Positions 60,749 through 64,000 of a stretch of 64,000 nucleotides of DNA are shown in pieces. The notes under the pieces were generated by a model. That model made no database searches. It was not told the DNA's origin and saw nothing but the letters and a program-made list of their open reading frames with translations. Source of the DNA: Ancylonema sp. (lineage: Eukaryota); NCBI GenBank assembly GCA_050230475.1, contig JBFLGF010000127.1, positions 1 to 64,000 on the forward strand. Direction: 5' to 3'. Every line of letters begins with the position of its first letter. The first letter of the stretch is position 1. The position numbers were made by a program, and so were the translations under genes.

Positions 60749-63700
60749 CTAGCTTCTTGCAATCGCCTTGTACGCGACACAAAATCCGCTTCCACATGCC
60801 ACTTTCAACGCATATCCTTCACTCGATTCCTGGATGTCTTCAGCCCATGGGGCATCTCCGATCGTTGCAGGCGCATGCCGATCCACTATGTCTCCCAATC
60901 CTAGCTGCCCATGCTCCGCCCAACCCCACACCATAACGTGACCCGCACCTGCCATCCACTCTTCACCCACTCATTTTCTCGTACAAGCGATTCCATAAAC
61001 ACAATCTAAGATTCGGTGTGATCGCATTGCATCCATGCCTGCTCAACAAGATACGAAAAGCGATCCACCGACATCATACCCCAAACACCCTTTTCCCGCA
61101 TCCTCTTCATCATCATGGCCCGCTCACCGTCTACTGCCACCGAATGCTCGGCCCCTGCAATGACGGCTGCACTCTCCCCTACTTCCTCCACTCTCTCTGC
61201 ACCCAGCCCAACAGCTGGCCATACAACAGCCTCCCCAGCCCTCTCCTTTCCCTCCCCTCCAACCTTCTTCTCCATCTCATCCGTCACAGAACAACTCTCA
61301 GTTTGGTCCCTGCTCACTGTCTGCTCATCCGCCCCCCTGCCTCGCTGGCCATGGCGGTCGCTGCCCCAGGACCACACTTGACCTGCATCTGGACCGTCCA
61401 AAAGGAGGGAGCAGGATCTGAGGAAAGAGAACCCTTCTCTGCAAGGCGAGTGGTTTCGATTTGGTACGATGACAGATCACCTTCAAACCCACACCTGCGA
61501 CCCTAGTTCAGCAGTGAAGCTGTGAAGCTAACTGTGGTCTCAACCTTTAGCTCGTACTCCATACCTACATTTCGACTGCTTCCGTGCACGTGAATGTGAA
61601 TGTGATTGCATGATTGTACATGGATGTCTTCTGGACGGTCTGCCCCTACCAGAGAGGAGGAGGCCGTGCTGCCACCCTAGCGCCACCTGGCAGCACTTGG
61701 GAGTCAAAGGGTCCCAGGAGGGCTGCCAGATGTCATCCCCTCCATCAAAGGCTCGGCCCCAAAGCAGGAGCTGACCACTGCCTGCAGCCTTGAGAAGGGC
61801 GGAGCGTTGGAACTCATTTTGATCCGGAGGCAACAGCTGTACAGCATTTACGAGGCAGGGTTTGGGAGGAGTGAACATATGGATGGTATCACAACCAGAT
61901 GCCAGAGGAAGATAGATATCGATCCCAGGGGGGAGAGGAGAGCCTTGTGAGCATACCTGTGAGAGCAGCACTATGGTCACCCCCCGCTGCCACCTGCACT
62001 ATTCCCACTGCCTCCAATCTCCTCACGCACAAAGGAATCGCCAGATGGCGCTCTGGAATTCTGTCACGGTACTCTGAATTCGGAATTGGTACTTGGCTCC
62101 TCCGAGAAGACCCCCACGCATAAACAGAGGTGGCTCCAGAAACAAGGTCTGCCATGGAGTGAGCAGCAAGGAGAGGTGCTGAAGAAACGCACTGCAAATG
62201 ACACCAGACTGTTGCTAATGTTCATGTTCATGTTCTGAATGGTCGGTTCAAGAACACATCAGCCTCTGACACTCTGACACTCAGGCACCTGACCGTTGCT
62301 GGATAGCTCACACTCACGCATGCAGATGCTCCCCTAGTAAAGATACAGAGAGGAGCTTGTAGTGGCCAACGTCATGATCGACCTAGATTATCCACCTGCG
62401 CCTATATGGATACTGTGAGCAACCTTTAGTGATGGCAAGAGTATGTCTCAGGCCGCAGGCGACTGCAGACACGTGTCTCTCTTTCAGAGCCACGACGAGG
62501 AGAGGCTCTGGTTGGGCAGCCAGATGGCCGAGGCCGAGCTGGCCGTGAGAGTTATCGCCACAGGCAAAAAGCTCGCCTGTGACTGCGGGTGGAGGAAACG
62601 AGATTTGAGTAAATGTAGTGGACACGCTTCATGCATCGGTCTACATCTACCTGCCGGTATCTGCTTGAATATCAAATATTGGACAATAAAAGAGGCCACA
62701 GTGCTGACACTGTGGTCCGCATGCACCTCTCATCATGCTCTTTCACCCCTTTCTTCTGCATGCACTCAAATAAATGCGAGAGGGTCTTGACACCACCCCT
62801 CGAAATGCACCATCACTCTGCCTACATCTCTGTCTCTGCATCAGGAGTAGTGTCTAATGTCACGCGGGCAGAAGGATAAAAGAGAGCCAGGTACTGCGCT
62901 TTGGCAATTGATCAATAGCAGTTGCTTCAAGAGATATATATGTATCTGTTATTTACCTAGCACAAACATGGTGTGGCTCCACCCAGCTGCCACCTCACGG
63001 ACTGTCCTACAGGCCATACCAGCAATCAGAGTTGGGATGGACACATTGCCACAACCCTCTGTCTCTTCTGCCTGGTCCTGTCCCCCTCCCCCTGATCCCT
63101 CAGATCCTCTTGCTGCAGAGGTGAGGTTATGTGAGCGCAGGATCCCAACTTCTGCAGGAGTGGACTGATGGTTTGCATGTTTTGGTGGGGAACTGGTGGG
63201 CTGTGACATGCGATCAGCTGAGCTGGTGTGAGGTATGCTGTCATAGTGCGGCAGGGCCAGTGATGATGCGGCTGCTGAGTCAGCAGAGTGGCTGAGTGCT
63301 CCCGCGTGGGCCGAGCCCCAGGAGTAGACACAGCCATACTCTGCACGTATGAATCAGCTCTTAGTACCAAAGCCGATGATGATGCGACCATGTCTCTCAT
63401 GGACGATTTTCGCGAGAATATGATGTCATACAGCAGACTGATTGAGAGGTTGCCCAGGACATATTCAAAAGATCGCTGAGAAAGACAGGCAATGTTGTGG
63501 CAGTCATGCGGATTATCACCTCTGCCTTCAGTGCTAAGATACTGAACACCAAGAGCATGAAAAGATACACATTGAAACTGGCCTCAGTTTTCTAAGCACA
63601 TCTGGCATATAGATATGAGTATGCCGGGTCCAAGTCAACGCAGTAAGGGCCCACACACGCAAACACGCATAAAAGCACAGGCACACACACAGTATACTGT

Positions 63701-64000
63701 TTTTTTATTTATCACGTGCATGAAGCCCGAGGTAAGATATTGTTGGCGAAAAGCAGGTCGACCGGATTCATGGAAAGCAGTCATGGACTGTCTTACGAGG
63801 TGTGAAAGCTCGCGTGTGATTTGATTTGTGCTGCTGTAATTACTGATAAGAATGCGTACATCTCAAAAGTCTCTGATCTAAAGCGTTCTGTGATTTATAG
63901 CTCGTTTGAGTAATGAATGTAAGCATGCTACTGACCAGTGATGGCAACTGCATGGCTCCCACCGCAAGCTATCATACGCAGACGCTCATCGGACGGGAAT
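60749..64000 (-). CDS. RCC1-repeat beta-propeller protein, 3' part; exons >64000-63936, 63340-62957, 62582-62424, 62148-61957, 61781-61650, 61388-61128, 60948-60749
   Basis: Repeats IACGGSHAVAIT, GCVYSWG, VAAGWSHTMF, GELFACGDNSHGQLGLG, VACGLRHTLA, VAAGGDHSAAL, VALGWQHGLL, GQVWSWGSDRHGQRG, AGAEHSVA, WGWAEHGQLGLG, VACGSGF; phase-1 GT-AG introns; TAG stop. Confidence 0.92.

Noticed and set aside
1..64000. Genome-wide TAG/TAA-to-Gln reassignment suggested by the LSM6 TAG
   Set aside because: TAG ends the PLP enzyme and the RCC1 gene, and TAA ends VAMP72, each at the expected C-terminus; I saw no other internal stops in the spliced host genes.

Overview
Eukaryotic nuclear DNA with spliceosomal introns. 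It is most likely from the green-plant lineage (VAMP72-type SNARE, At3g23910-like gene, TTTAGGG repeats; a streptophyte alga or non-seed plant is my inference). Genes, left to right: 3' part of a Cys/Met-metabolism PLP enzyme (+); an ELAPOR/KIAA1324-family type I membrane protein (+) scrambled by two internal duplications at single-N joins; LSM6 (-) with an in-frame TAG at codon 11; POP4 (+); a ZWINT/At3g23910-like coiled-coil/RWD gene (+); VAMP72 (-); and the 3' part of an RCC1-repeat gene (-). The LSM6 exon1-POP4-ZWINT block is present about three times (19.4-38.8 kb), probably an assembly artefact. From 43 to 60 kb lies a nested transposon cluster: a TIR element containing a deleted Ty1/copia, a second copia split by a solo LTR, and a chromodomain Ty3/gypsy. 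Decayed Plavaka-like and MULE-like transposases, a related solo LTR and two hAT-like MITEs lie elsewhere. The most interesting signals are (i) an apparent tRNA-independent self-priming architecture in the chromovirus, with a covarying hairpin and an extra CT after the terminal CA in two insertions, (ii) the LSM6 nonsense codon and (iii) the ELAPOR gene. I found no convincing wholly new system. All homology calls are from motif recognition, not database searches.
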